A stretch of 64,000 bases of DNA from a virus. Within the stretch, counting starts at the first letter, position 1; each line of letters starts with the position of its first letter. The position numbers were made by a program, and so were the translations under genes. Location: positions 96,001-160,000 of IMG/VR virus record IMGVR_UViG_3300032293_001706. One strand, written 5' to 3'. This document shows, piece after piece, positions 1 to 10,256 of this stretch. A model generated the notes under the pieces. The model had not been told where the DNA came from, made no database searches, and worked only from the letters and a program-made list of their open reading frames with translations.

Positions 1-2
1 TT

Positions 3-1754
3 GCAACAAATGATTCCAGTAATTTAACAGAATCCGTTTCAAAAGCGGTATTAAGAAAGTTATTAAATGAATCAAATTATTTTCAATTTATTAAAGAAAA
101 TAACCCATATATTTATGACTCATTAAAGGAAAAACTTAAATTTTTTCATCCGTCGTTCCATTCTATTACACCTGAAGGGCTGAACTCAAGATTAACATTT
201 TTAATGCAATGTACAAGACCTGGCGATACAATACCAACAAAACAGGCTGATGGTACATTTTTAGATAAAGATGCTAGAAACACATCCTTTGGGGCTCCAC
301 CAATATGTGTAATTAGAATTGGTGATTTCTATCATACTAAAGCGGTAATAAATAATGTTAAATTTAGTTATGAAGACAAGACCCTTGATTTGAATCCTGA
401 AGGTATCGGGGTTCAGCCAATGATAGTCGGTGTTTCAATAAGCTTTAATTTTATCGGAGGTCAGAGTCTTAAAGGACCAATCGATGAATTACAAAACGCA
501 CTTTCTTTTAATTTCTTTGCAAATACTGAAATGTATGATGAAAGGGCGACTGTATTGACAGAATCTGCATATGATAAACAATTTATTGAAAACACACAAC
601 CTGAAGGAACAACAATTCAAAATACAAATACTGATTTATCAAATGAAGCTGGTGAATTTATTGGTAGGCTAAATGGTGATTTAAGTCCAAGTGGTTTAAC
701 AGGAAATAATGATTATAAAAATGTTATAGATAGTTTAATTGGTAGTTATGAACAATTATATAATGGAATCTATGATAAATTAGAACAGATAAATACTGAT
801 TATAATTGGTCTGTTCTTCAGATATATACCTCTGAAAGAATATATAAAGAAGGGGTGTTAAAAACACCTACAGTAAAATCTAAAAATATTTTTGGTTTAT
901 CAAAAAATTATAAACAAAAAATAAATGACATCTTTACAGAATTATATTTAGATATACAAGAAGAAAATCTTAGTATCTTTAATAAATTACCTGAAAATAT
1001 AACAAAGATTAAAACTTTAAAAAAACAATTAACAAATTTAGTTTTAGAAAAACAAAAAACATTTTTTGATGGGTTAGAAACAATAACAAAACAATTGTCA
1101 CAATCTCAAATAGAATATGTAAGATTAATTGATAAATTAAATTTTTTATCTAATAATGCCGATGGAGTTATGGATAAAAAAGGTAACATTAATTTATATA
1201 ACACATTGTCTTCAGCAACGATTAACAATTTACTTATTAATTCCGATTCAATAACTGATGCTTCTTCAGTCATGATAAATCAATTAATATCGAATCAAAT
1301 TATTGAAGACCTAATTGATTATAACATTCTTGGACTTTCAGGTGTAAACACATTTGATAAATTTTCAAATTCATTATCAGATAAAAGATTCTACACAATA
1401 TTTGGATATGACTTATTGAATAATTATAACGAATTGGAAACAAAAATAATTGGAGAATTAACTCAAAGTCCGTGGAGAAAAAATATATCGGATAATTTGA
1501 ATACTTATTATGGTAAAAAAAATACGGGTTACATTAATGAGCAAGGGATTAAAAAATTCAAGGATTTCAAAAAAACTAATCCTAAATTTTCATCATTATT
1601 ACCGAGTAACTGGAATGAAATAGTAAAAACTAATAGACCAAATAGTTTGCAATTACAAACACCAATCAACTCTACAATCAAAACCCAATTTGAAGAATTA
1701 TATTCAGGAGTAAATTCTCAAGGAGATAAATTTAATGGTAAATTTACATTTTAA
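3..1754 (+). CDS. 5'-truncated baseplate/tail-tube initiator-like structural protein
   Basis: The frame is open from position 3 (ATNDSSNLTESV...FHPSFHSITPEGLNSRLTFLMQC), so the ATG at 204 is internal. The APPICVIRIGDFY..INNVKFSYE..PMIVGVSISF segment resembles gp48/gp54/tube-type domains. It lies directly upstream of gp53-like and hub genes. Confidence 0.55.
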   Translation, partial: ATNDSSNLTESVSKAVLRKLLNESNYFQFIKENNPYIYDSLKEKLKFFHPSFHSITPEGLNSRLTFLMQCTRPGDTIPTKQADGTFLDKDARNTSFGAPPICVIRIGDFYHTKAVINNVKFSYEDKTLDLNPEGIGVQPMIVGVSISFNFIGGQSLKGPIDELQNALSFNFFANTEMYDERATVLTESAYDKQFIENTQPEGTTIQNTNTDLSNEAGEFIGRLNGDLSPSGLTGNNDYKNVIDSLIGSYEQLYNGIYDKLEQINTDYNWSVLQIYTSERIYKEGVLKTPTVKSKNIFGLSKNYKQKINDIFTELYLDIQEENLSIFNKLPENITKIKTLKKQLTNLVLEKQKTFFDGLETITKQLSQSQIEYVRLIDKLNFLSNNADGVMDKKGNINLYNTLSSATINNLLINSDSITDASSVMINQLISNQIIEDLIDYNILGLSGVNTFDKFSNSLSDKRFYTIFGYDLLNNYNELETKIIGELTQSPWRKNISDNLNTYYGKKNTGYINEQGIKKFKDFKKTNPKFSSLLPSNWNEIVKTNRPNSLQLQTPINSTIKTQFEELYSGVNSQGDKFNGKFTF

Positions 1755-2071
1755 TGGAATATTTTAACAGATACAATCAATTTTTAATAGACGGAGAACA
1801 GACAGTTGTTCCATATGTTACTTTACCACGAAAGTCTACAGATATTAAATATATCTACAGAGCGGGTACAAGTAGATTAGATAAAATAAGTCAACAATAT
1901 TATAACTCACCATATTTTGGTTGGTTAATTATGGTTGCAAATCCTGAATTTGGAGGATTAGAATGGAATATACCTGATAATTCCGTAATTGTAATACCTT
2001 ACCCTTTAAATGCATCAATTCAGGATTATAATAATGCAATAAAAACTAGATTCTATTATTATGGCAGATAA
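1754..2071 (+). CDS. LysM-like baseplate wedge protein (T4 gp53/tail X-like)
   Basis: RLDKISQQYYNSPYFGWLIMVANP..IPDNSVIVIP fits the LysM/gp53 pattern; TAATG overlap with the upstream gene. Confidence 0.7.
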   Translation: MEYFNRYNQFLIDGEQTVVPYVTLPRKSTDIKYIYRAGTSRLDKISQQYYNSPYFGWLIMVANPEFGGLEWNIPDNSVIVIPYPLNASIQDYNNAIKTRFYYYGR

Positions 2072-5000
2072 CTTTGGTGGAGGTGAAAATATATTTTATA
2101 TTGATGATGCAAACATCGTTTTAATTGACCCAAATGCAATTATTGATTCAGATGGTCGAAAAAAAGATAGAGTAATAAAACAAGAAAATCTTGTTATGTA
2201 TGCAAACTTGGAAGTCGAATCGGTTCCAAGAACAAAATTATCAGTAGGTCAAAGTGTTGATAGTGGTATAAGTAATTATACGATTGCGTCAATTAATTTT
2301 CTGAAACCACAAGGTAAAAACGTTTTTGATACAAGTTACACAGACCAACTAACCGCAGGAAGAAATTTACAAGGTACTGTAAACCAACTATCGTTTGATA
2401 AAAATGATAATCCGCAACAATTAAATTATGTTGATACACAGTTATTAGGTATAAAATCAATAAATGTTGATATTAAAAACAATGGAGTTCCAACCGTAAG
2501 TATGACATTAGTTGACATACAAGGAAGGGCATTGTTTGAAACAGGTGGAAACTCCCCCTATTCTGTATTTTTATATTATCCATATCCATTATTTAGGCTA
2601 ACCCTAAAGGGCTATTATGGTAAGGCAATTCAATATGAATTAATGTTAAGAAGTTTTAACGCTTCATTTGAACAATCAACAGGTAACTATAACATTGATT
2701 TACAATTCATTGCAAGAACTAGCGCGATTTTAGATGATATAAGACTTGGTTATTTATTTGCGTTACCAAATATGTACCCAAGATATGAAGTACCTGTAAT
2801 AAATAGTGATACAACATCACAACAGGCAACCGCAAGTCAACAACAAATTGGTGTAAATGTCGCACAACAATCAACAATTGTTAGAACATCAAGAGGGTAT
2901 AACAAAATAAAAGAAGTATTTGAAGAATATAAAAAGGACGGATTAATAGATAGTTCAGTTCCTATTATGACTTTAAATGAAATGCAGATTAATTTATCAA
3001 AATACACACAATTTTTAAATGATGAGTTTGAAAAATTACCATTTGAAGATTTAGTCGCTCTTCAAAAGTATAAGGAAACTGTTGATACGTTTTCAACGGA
3101 GATTGAAAAATGGAGAACCACATATACCGACAATGGTAACATTTTGGTTTTGACAGATAAAACTAAGATGTATCAACTTAAAAATTTAACGATAAATGAC
3201 GAAAGTAGTAATACTACAAAATCAAATACCGCAAATGCGGAATTAGAAAAAATATTAAATAATAATAAAGGTATTTTAGAAACCATTCCAAGATGGAGTA
3301 AAGAAATTGCAATACCTGATAATTTTTTTAAGATAACTAATTTTCAGAAAAAATTTACAGAAGGTGAGATAGATTACATACAAACTTTTTTTAATGTAAG
3401 AGGAAGAGTTGTTAATGACCCAATAAATGATGAGGAATTTTTACAATTTAAAGATAAATTAAAAAATAGATTAATTGAAGAAAAAGTATTACCAACATCT
3501 GAAAATTCTGATAACAGCAGTGTTTCAACTCCAAATCCTTATTACTATACCTTTGATTTGTTTAGTAATGATTATATAAATTTGGTTTCCGTAATAGAAC
3601 AAAATAATCAAAAAGAAAACGAGAGATTAAATGGTATACTACAAGATAGGGTGAAGAAAAATGGTAATGTTAATAATTTACCTTTTAGACCAACAATTAG
3701 AAATGTTGTCGGTGTTATCATTGCATCGGTTGACGCTTTTTATAGGTTAATGGATGAAATACATGAAAAGGCTTGGAATGAGAGAGATAATCCTGATAGA
3801 ATAAGGTCGATAATTAGTAACGATACACCATCACCTGAAGGTAAAAATTCAACACAAACAACAACTAAAAATATTACAAATTTTGTTTATCCTTGGCCTC
3901 AATTTGTACAAAAAAAAGAAGGTTCAGGTAATTCAGAATATCAAATAACATATCCTGGTTCAAAATCAGTTTTGAATTTTACTAACGGTTATGATACAAG
4001 AGTATGGCCTGAAGTTGAGTTTGTCGAACAATTTTTATATGGATTAACAGTTAAAGATTTGGACTACAATTCAGACAATCAAATATCGCCAACATTAAAA
4101 TTAAACTACACACCATCTTCAGCAATCGAATTTGAGTATGTTGATAAAATATATTCAAACACAGCGGTTTATGATTTTGTGTATGAAATGTATGAAAGAC
4201 TTTTGTTAAATACTTATTATTCGGGATTATATTATAGTGAAACTAATTTCGATTTAATTAATTCTGGGTCTGACATGGAATATAGTAATATTTCAAATTC
4301 AGGATTACCAAACGGTGAATTGAAAAAAATTTTAAGTGACCAACTAACTAAACAAAATCTTTATGATTTCTTGAAATCGACTTCAGGACAAAACAATGAA
4401 GGGCAACTTTGGAACAATTTTTTAACACAAAGTTATAACACAGGTTACATAATACAAAAGATTAAAGAGCAGAGTGAACTATATTCTGACAGTGAATATA
4501 AAAATTTAACAAAAAATCCTATTAAGTTAACAACTCAAGATACTATTGTAAATTTTTTAAAAGACCCTACAAGTTCAAACAATACATTAATGGATACGTA
4601 TCCATTTATAATACCTCAATTTCAACAAAAACTACCAGGAGCCACAAGTATAAATTTTTATGATACTATAAATACGTATACGTTAGATTCACAAAATCTA
4701 TTTATTACCAACCAAAAAAATAATTTATTACCATTAACTAAAAATTCTTCAGCTCTAAATGGATATAATAATCCAAACATTGGTGATGCGGATATTAATG
4801 GATACTTTAATACTAATTTTAGTAACCCTAATAGGAGAATGGTGACAGAAGGTAATGTTTTTTATTCAGATAACAATAGATTAACTGAAACTCAAACAAC
4901 GAGTATGTTAAATACTCCATACTTTTTAAATTCACTTATGGAATCATCAGAATTAAGTGGTGACACTAAGTATGTTAAACCGGCTTATTTATTACTTAAC

Positions 5001-8000
5001 TCATTACCTTTAACCACTTTATATGAAAGATATTTAGATATCGCAAATAATGTTAAGGATGAATATATTTTTGCGTCTTTAAATAAATTTTCGGCAATTC
5101 ATAAGTTACCATATGCTTGGATTTTAAAGATAGGTTCTGTATGGTACAGATATAAAGAATATGTAAATAATAATGTTGATATTTTAGATAGTATTTGGAA
5201 AGATTTTAATTATAAAAAAGCTTACGACCCACAGAGCTCAAATGATAAAAAAGTTTACAGTATAATACAAAATAACTCAACAACAAAATCTAATTTTATT
5301 CTAAACGACACACAAAAAATAAATGTAGGATTTTATCCTGGTTTATATAACAGCGTTTATAAGATAATTACAGATTCTGATTTATTTAATAACGATGTTG
5401 ACAATAAAGACAAAAGTTTTTGGGATAAACTAAAGGTTTCTCTTGATAGTAGTTTACAAACTAAAAAACCTGAAGGAGACATAAATCCATATTTTTCAAC
5501 ATTTAAAATAACGACTGACGAGAGTGATGATTTTGGGCCATCAAACATCGGAAAATATCTTGTAATGCCATCTTGTGGGTTTCTACCATTTCAGCAGGCG
5601 TATTATCAAGTAACCACCAATGGTAATAATGATAATGTGTCCAAGGAAAAAGTTAATGTACCTCAAACTTTTAATGGTAGTACTAAAGTATTTTGGGAAG
5701 CACCAAATTATGGTTGGTTTGATAATACAAAAATCAATAAACCAAACTTTAATGAATACCTAAAATATGTTGTGGCACAAGACAATCAGCCAGAACAATT
5801 TGAGTTTTACTTATCAAAAACGAAATATAGTAATATTGAAGACATTTTTGGTGTCTTTGATTATAACCAATTAGATTTATTTGAAAATGAGTTTTTAGAG
5901 TTTTCAAAAGAAGATGGTAGTTCACAGTTAGTTCAAAACTCCGATATTGCTTATACAAATTTTAAACAATTATTTAAAAAAATGATGATTGTTGAAATTG
6001 CAGACGCTAACAATCTTTCAGACATAAGTAAAAAACAATCAACAATAATTACAGAAACATTAAATAAATTTATGGAAATACCCGTTTATTTAAAAAACGG
6101 AAACCCAAAAAAGTTTGATAGGATAAATTTTGGTAATTTCATAAATGGAAATTCTGGTGGTAGTGGAGTAACTAGAATGATACCAAGTCAAAGAAAAAAT
6201 TATGGTAATTATGTACCAAATTCAATTCAGACATCTAAAACTAACAATGACATTAATTGGAAAACACTCAAACTATATGTTGGAGATTCAACCATTTCAA
6301 ACCTAAGTCTAACTGACAACTCATATGTTTATGACTTCTTTATAGATAACAATATTGCGTTTACAGAACAAAATATAAAAGACCTGTCTAAGTTAATTAA
6401 GATATATGCAACACAAAAAAGATTAAACAATGGTGAATATAACTCTCAAAGGTTTAAGGAAGATATAACCAAATTAATGAGTGATACATATGAAAAAAGA
6501 ACAAATATTGAAACCCAACTTAGAAGTAGATTAAGTAATTTAACAAATGGAACACAAAACAATGAAATCACCATTAACAAATATGAAGGGGATGAAACCA
6601 AATTGGAAATGTGGGAATTATTTAAAGCAATAAATGATAAATGGGTCGCAGGTATTGATTTTAAACGAAGAACAATATTTGAAGAATTTTTATTTTTTGA
6701 TAGGGCTAATAGAGATATTGGTGATGATTTTATAATTAAAGTGGATTCGGTTAGAAAATATTGTACTTGGGAAAACTCAAATACTTCTGTAATGAATTTG
6801 ATTAGTATGTTATTAAGGGATAATAAGATGAATTTTTTTGTTATGCCGGCATATATTAATTTTTATGGAAAACCTTCAAAAAGGTTTACAACACAAAATG
6901 AAACAATATTAAATAACGCAAATGATGTTTTTAGTACGTTTGGTTATGTTGATTATACATCATCCGCGCCAAAATTTTTATGTCAATATATAGGTAGGCC
7001 ATCAGAAACGTTGTCAATGGACAATGACCCAAAATATCCATTTAAAAGTGATTCATTTGATTTAGGTCAAAACGCTGGAAACCCAATTAGAAATACAAAT
7101 CCTGTAACAAATCAATTTAATAACAATAAAGCGGTTGGGTTTGTTGTTGATTTTGGGGTTACAAATCAAAATGTTTTTACATCTTTTGAAATATCACAAA
7201 ATCAAAACGTAACATCTTCAGAACAAATTCAGATTGTTGTTGATATGGGTCGTTTAGGAGGTAATAAAAAAACTTCACAACAGACAACAGCATTATATGA
7301 GTTATATAAAAATAGGGTTTATAATTCAACAATTAAAACATTAGGTAATGTAATGATACAACCAACAATGTATTTTGTTATAAGACATATGCCAATGTTT
7401 AATGGGACTTATGTGATTAGAAATGTAAAACACTCGATTTCACCTGGAAATTTTGAAACCACATTTGAAGGACAAAGAATATCTGCACTTTCAAATTCAA
7501 AAATAAATAACGAGTTGGCTTCTTTAAATGAGGACTTTACAAAAAAATTAAACGATAAAGTAAAAACATTGGTTTCTAATAATCAATTAGTTGTTAGAAA
7601 TAATTCAAACCAATATGTTACAGGACAAGACGCCAAAAATATAAATATATCAATTAGAATACCATATCAAGGTAATATTGTAACCGCGATAGATAGTAGT
7701 GAACAGACATGTAATGAAAATCTTTATGGATATCCTGATAGTCCACAATCTAAATTAGAGTTAAAAGATTTTAATTCAAGAAAAGTAAGTAAAACTGAAT
7801 TAATTAATTTAATACGTACAAACATTGAAGATAAAAATATGAGATTGTTTTTATATTCTTTATTCTTCCTAACAGGGTATGATATATATCAAAATAGTTT
7901 TGAAATTAAGTTAAATAATATTTTTGGAGCGACAGGGGACATTCAATGGAATTCATTGGAAAATGTTAACGGATATAGATGTCTATTAACTAATGAAAGA

Positions 8001-8321
8001 TTTCCGATACCGTATTTAAATTTTGAAACTTTGGATAAATGTTTAACTTTCATGAATTCATATTTTAAAGAACTATTAACTGTTTATTTAAATGACAAAA
8101 CAAATTTCGTATGTACTACCGATGATAGTTATAACCCTAATAATTTGGATAATGATTTTTATAGAACATGTATTACAAATATTTTTGTTAAGTTATTTTA
8201 TGATAAATGGTATACGTCAGGTTCATCAACCAAATATAATGAGAATACTTCATATAATACTTGGATATTAAATACTAGTTTTATTCTAAATGAGAAACAA
8301 ACTAAATCACTTTTGATATAA
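2061..8321 (+). CDS. Very large baseplate hub protein (gp27/gp44-like), 2086 aa
   Basis: N-terminal LLGIKSINVDI..PTVSMTLVDIQG and late TIKTLGNVMIQP..FNGTYVIRNVKHSISPGNFETTFEGQR match hub-type signatures; baseplate gene context. Confidence 0.6.
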   Translation: MADNFGGGENIFYIDDANIVLIDPNAIIDSDGRKKDRVIKQENLVMYANLEVESVPRTKLSVGQSVDSGISNYTIASINFLKPQGKNVFDTSYTDQLTAGRNLQGTVNQLSFDKNDNPQQLNYVDTQLLGIKSINVDIKNNGVPTVSMTLVDIQGRALFETGGNSPYSVFLYYPYPLFRLTLKGYYGKAIQYELMLRSFNASFEQSTGNYNIDLQFIARTSAILDDIRLGYLFALPNMYPRYEVPVINSDTTSQQATASQQQIGVNVAQQSTIVRTSRGYNKIKEVFEEYKKDGLIDSSVPIMTLNEMQINLSKYTQFLNDEFEKLPFEDLVALQKYKETVDTFSTEIEKWRTTYTDNGNILVLTDKTKMYQLKNLTINDESSNTTKSNTANAELEKILNNNKGILETIPRWSKEIAIPDNFFKITNFQKKFTEGEIDYIQTFFNVRGRVVNDPINDEEFLQFKDKLKNRLIEEKVLPTSENSDNSSVSTPNPYYYTFDLFSNDYINLVSVIEQNNQKENERLNGILQDRVKKNGNVNNLPFRPTIRNVVGVIIASVDAFYRLMDEIHEKAWNERDNPDRIRSIISNDTPSPEGKNSTQTTTKNITNFVYPWPQFVQKKEGSGNSEYQITYPGSKSVLNFTNGYDTRVWPEVEFVEQFLYGLTVKDLDYNSDNQISPTLKLNYTPSSAIEFEYVDKIYSNTAVYDFVYEMYERLLLNTYYSGLYYSETNFDLINSGSDMEYSNISNSGLPNGELKKILSDQLTKQNLYDFLKSTSGQNNEGQLWNNFLTQSYNTGYIIQKIKEQSELYSDSEYKNLTKNPIKLTTQDTIVNFLKDPTSSNNTLMDTYPFIIPQFQQKLPGATSINFYDTINTYTLDSQNLFITNQKNNLLPLTKNSSALNGYNNPNIGDADINGYFNTNFSNPNRRMVTEGNVFYSDNNRLTETQTTSMLNTPYFLNSLMESSELSGDTKYVKPAYLLLNSLPLTTLYERYLDIANNVKDEYIFASLNKFSAIHKLPYAWILKIGSVWYRYKEYVNNNVDILDSIWKDFNYKKAYDPQSSNDKKVYSIIQNNSTTKSNFILNDTQKINVGFYPGLYNSVYKIITDSDLFNNDVDNKDKSFWDKLKVSLDSSLQTKKPEGDINPYFSTFKITTDESDDFGPSNIGKYLVMPSCGFLPFQQAYYQVTTNGNNDNVSKEKVNVPQTFNGSTKVFWEAPNYGWFDNTKINKPNFNEYLKYVVAQDNQPEQFEFYLSKTKYSNIEDIFGVFDYNQLDLFENEFLEFSKEDGSSQLVQNSDIAYTNFKQLFKKMMIVEIADANNLSDISKKQSTIITETLNKFMEIPVYLKNGNPKKFDRINFGNFINGNSGGSGVTRMIPSQRKNYGNYVPNSIQTSKTNNDINWKTLKLYVGDSTISNLSLTDNSYVYDFFIDNNIAFTEQNIKDLSKLIKIYATQKRLNNGEYNSQRFKEDITKLMSDTYEKRTNIETQLRSRLSNLTNGTQNNEITINKYEGDETKLEMWELFKAINDKWVAGIDFKRRTIFEEFLFFDRANRDIGDDFIIKVDSVRKYCTWENSNTSVMNLISMLLRDNKMNFFVMPAYINFYGKPSKRFTTQNETILNNANDVFSTFGYVDYTSSAPKFLCQYIGRPSETLSMDNDPKYPFKSDSFDLGQNAGNPIRNTNPVTNQFNNNKAVGFVVDFGVTNQNVFTSFEISQNQNVTSSEQIQIVVDMGRLGGNKKTSQQTTALYELYKNRVYNSTIKTLGNVMIQPTMYFVIRHMPMFNGTYVIRNVKHSISPGNFETTFEGQRISALSNSKINNELASLNEDFTKKLNDKVKTLVSNNQLVVRNNSNQYVTGQDAKNINISIRIPYQGNIVTAIDSSEQTCNENLYGYPDSPQSKLELKDFNSRKVSKTELINLIRTNIEDKNMRLFLYSLFFLTGYDIYQNSFEIKLNNIFGATGDIQWNSLENVNGYRCLLTNERFPIPYLNFETLDKCLTFMNSYFKELLTVYLNDKTNFVCTTDDSYNPNNLDNDFYRTCITNIFVKLFYDKWYTSGSSTKYNENTSYNTWILNTSFILNEKQTKSLLI

Positions 8322-8326
8322 CGATA

Positions 8327-8333
8327 TATTTAT
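8327..8333 (+). promoter_or_regulatory. TATTTAT putative late promoter
   Basis: Motif just upstream of the ATG at 8347; recurs in many intergenic gaps. Confidence 0.5.
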
Positions 8334-8346
8334 AATAAAAAATACT

Positions 8347-8574
8347 ATGAATAGTTTAAAAAACGTATTAGATAATTATTTGCAAAAAGACACAGTTATT
8401 GCAGAAAAAGATTTGGGAAACGGATATAAAGAAGTTTGTGATTTACAAACAGGTGATTGTTATACCGTAAGACTAAAAGACGGTTTAATTGAAAGAGTCG
8501 ATAACACATTAAAATTAAACAGAACTCTACAAGTGGAAACACCACACGGAGTTAAAACATTATTAAGAGACTAA
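8347..8574 (+). CDS. Hypothetical protein, 75 aa
   Basis: ORF fills the gap, has typical codon usage and a TATTTAT upstream. Confidence 0.6.
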   Translation: MNSLKNVLDNYLQKDTVIAEKDLGNGYKEVCDLQTGDCYTVRLKDGLIERVDNTLKLNRTLQVETPHGVKTLLRD

Positions 8575-8578
8575 AAAA

Positions 8579-9250
8579 ATGAAAACAACAATATCAGAAG
8601 AAATTATCAGAGAGCTTAAAAGACATAACCAAATTAACAAATATATTGTCGAACAGGGAGCTCCCACAGAACCTGAGACACCACCTACACCTGATGAAGT
8701 AACACCACCTACACCTGATGACGCAACATTAGGGGGTGTAACACCATCTCCAGCAGAACCAACAACTGAACCAGGTCAACCTATTGATATTGCAAACGAC
8801 CCTGATGTTGAAGAACTAACAGACGAACCAAACGATACTGTAAATGATACTGTAAGTGATACTGAAAGTGGAACAGAAGAATTGGACATTACCGAACTTG
8901 TTAATTCACAGAAAAATATAGAAAACAAACAAGAAGAATTTATGGGTTCAATTATGGGTAAGTTAGACGACTTAGAACAGAAATTGGCACAAATGGACAA
9001 CATCTTTCAAAAGATAAATGACATTGAAAGTAAAGTTGAAAAGTATAGACCAAAAAGTGCTGAGGAAAAATTACAGTTAAGGTCATTAGATTCATACCCA
9101 TTTAATCAAAAACTTACAGATTTTTTTGATGAAAAGTCCGAAGAGATGGAAAAAACAGGAAAAAATCAATATGTTTTAACAACCGATGACGTTGAAGACG
9201 TTGATGGTCGACAAATTAGAAAAACTTTTGACCAAGCAATTGGAACCTGA
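8579..9250 (+). CDS. Acidic Pro-rich protein with coiled coil, possibly scaffold/assembly-related
   Basis: Pro/Glu/Asp-rich linker including a short duplicated TPPTPD motif, followed by a heptad-like LDDLEQKLAQMDNIFQKINDIESKV stretch. Confidence 0.5.
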   Translation: MKTTISEEIIRELKRHNQINKYIVEQGAPTEPETPPTPDEVTPPTPDDATLGGVTPSPAEPTTEPGQPIDIANDPDVEELTDEPNDTVNDTVSDTESGTEELDITELVNSQKNIENKQEEFMGSIMGKLDDLEQKLAQMDNIFQKINDIESKVEKYRPKSAEEKLQLRSLDSYPFNQKLTDFFDEKSEEMEKTGKNQYVLTTDDVEDVDGRQIRKTFDQAIGT

Positions 9251-9317
9251 TTTGATTTATTAAGATTATTTCTTATACTTATTTTACAACTAAAATAACT
9301 ATTTAATACAACAAATT

Positions 9318-10175
9318 ATGATGACAGATTCAACATTTGATGCCGTATTGGCGCAGTACGAACAAAACTCAAAACCTTTTGGTGATACACCAAAAATGAC
9401 AGAAGAAGAAAGAATGAAGCGGTATTTCGCGGCAATTCTTCCCAAAGGAGAAAATTCAGGACAACGAAGAATTAGGATTCTCCCAACCAATGACGGAAGT
9501 TCCCCATTTAAAGAAGTGTGGTTTCACGAAATCCAAGTTAATGGTCAATATCAGAAATTTTATGACCCTGATAAAAACGAAGGTGAACGTTCACCACTTA
9601 CCGAAGTTTATGAAGAATTGATGAAAACAGGTAAGGAAAGTGATAAAGAATTGGCAAAACAATATAAAGCACGTAAATTTTATATCGTCAAGGTAATTGA
9701 TAGGGACCATGAAGAAGACGGTGTTAAATTTTGGAGATTTAAACACAATTACAAACAAGACGGAATTCTTGACAAAATCATTCCAATTTGGAGGTCAAAA
9801 GGAAATCTTACAGATGTAAATCAAGGAAGAGACCTCACAATTCAATTGACCAAATCTAAAACCCCAAAAGGTAAAGAATATACTTCAATTCAAACAATTA
9901 TGCACGAGGACCCAAGTCCACTATCAGAAGATAAAGAACTTTCTGAAAAGTGGGAAAAAGATACAACTGTATGGTCAGATGTATATTCTAAAAAACCTAT
10001 TGAATATTTGGAAGCAATTGCTCGTGGAGAAGTACCACGTTGGGATTCTGAAACCAAAAAATATGTATACGGTGAACAAACAACCGAGGTATTTGGAGGT
10101 AACGATATCTTTTCAGAGCAGGTATATTCTGACCCACAAATTGGGATGGGTGCAGACGAAGAATTACCATTCTAA
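9318..10175 (+). CDS. Single-stranded DNA-binding protein (T4 gp32-like)
   Basis: RIRILP..PF.EVWFH, RKFYIVKVIDRD and GRDLTIQLTK motifs, acidic C-terminal tail, next to RecA. Confidence 0.8.
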   Translation: MMTDSTFDAVLAQYEQNSKPFGDTPKMTEEERMKRYFAAILPKGENSGQRRIRILPTNDGSSPFKEVWFHEIQVNGQYQKFYDPDKNEGERSPLTEVYEELMKTGKESDKELAKQYKARKFYIVKVIDRDHEEDGVKFWRFKHNYKQDGILDKIIPIWRSKGNLTDVNQGRDLTIQLTKSKTPKGKEYTSIQTIMHEDPSPLSEDKELSEKWEKDTTVWSDVYSKKPIEYLEAIARGEVPRWDSETKKYVYGEQTTEVFGGNDIFSEQVYSDPQIGMGADEELPF

Positions 10176-10183
10176 TTTTAACG

Positions 10184-10228
10184 AGCATGGACACATACAT
10201 AGACATTGTGTCCATGCTTTTATTTTTT
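10184..10228 (+). terminator. Rho-independent terminator
   Basis: AGCATGGACACA (10184-10195) / TGTGTCCATGCT (10207-10218) perfect 12-bp stem followed by TTTATTTTTT, just after the SSB stop. Confidence 0.75.
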
Positions 10229-10256
10229 TAACAAAAAAACAAACAACGCATAGACA

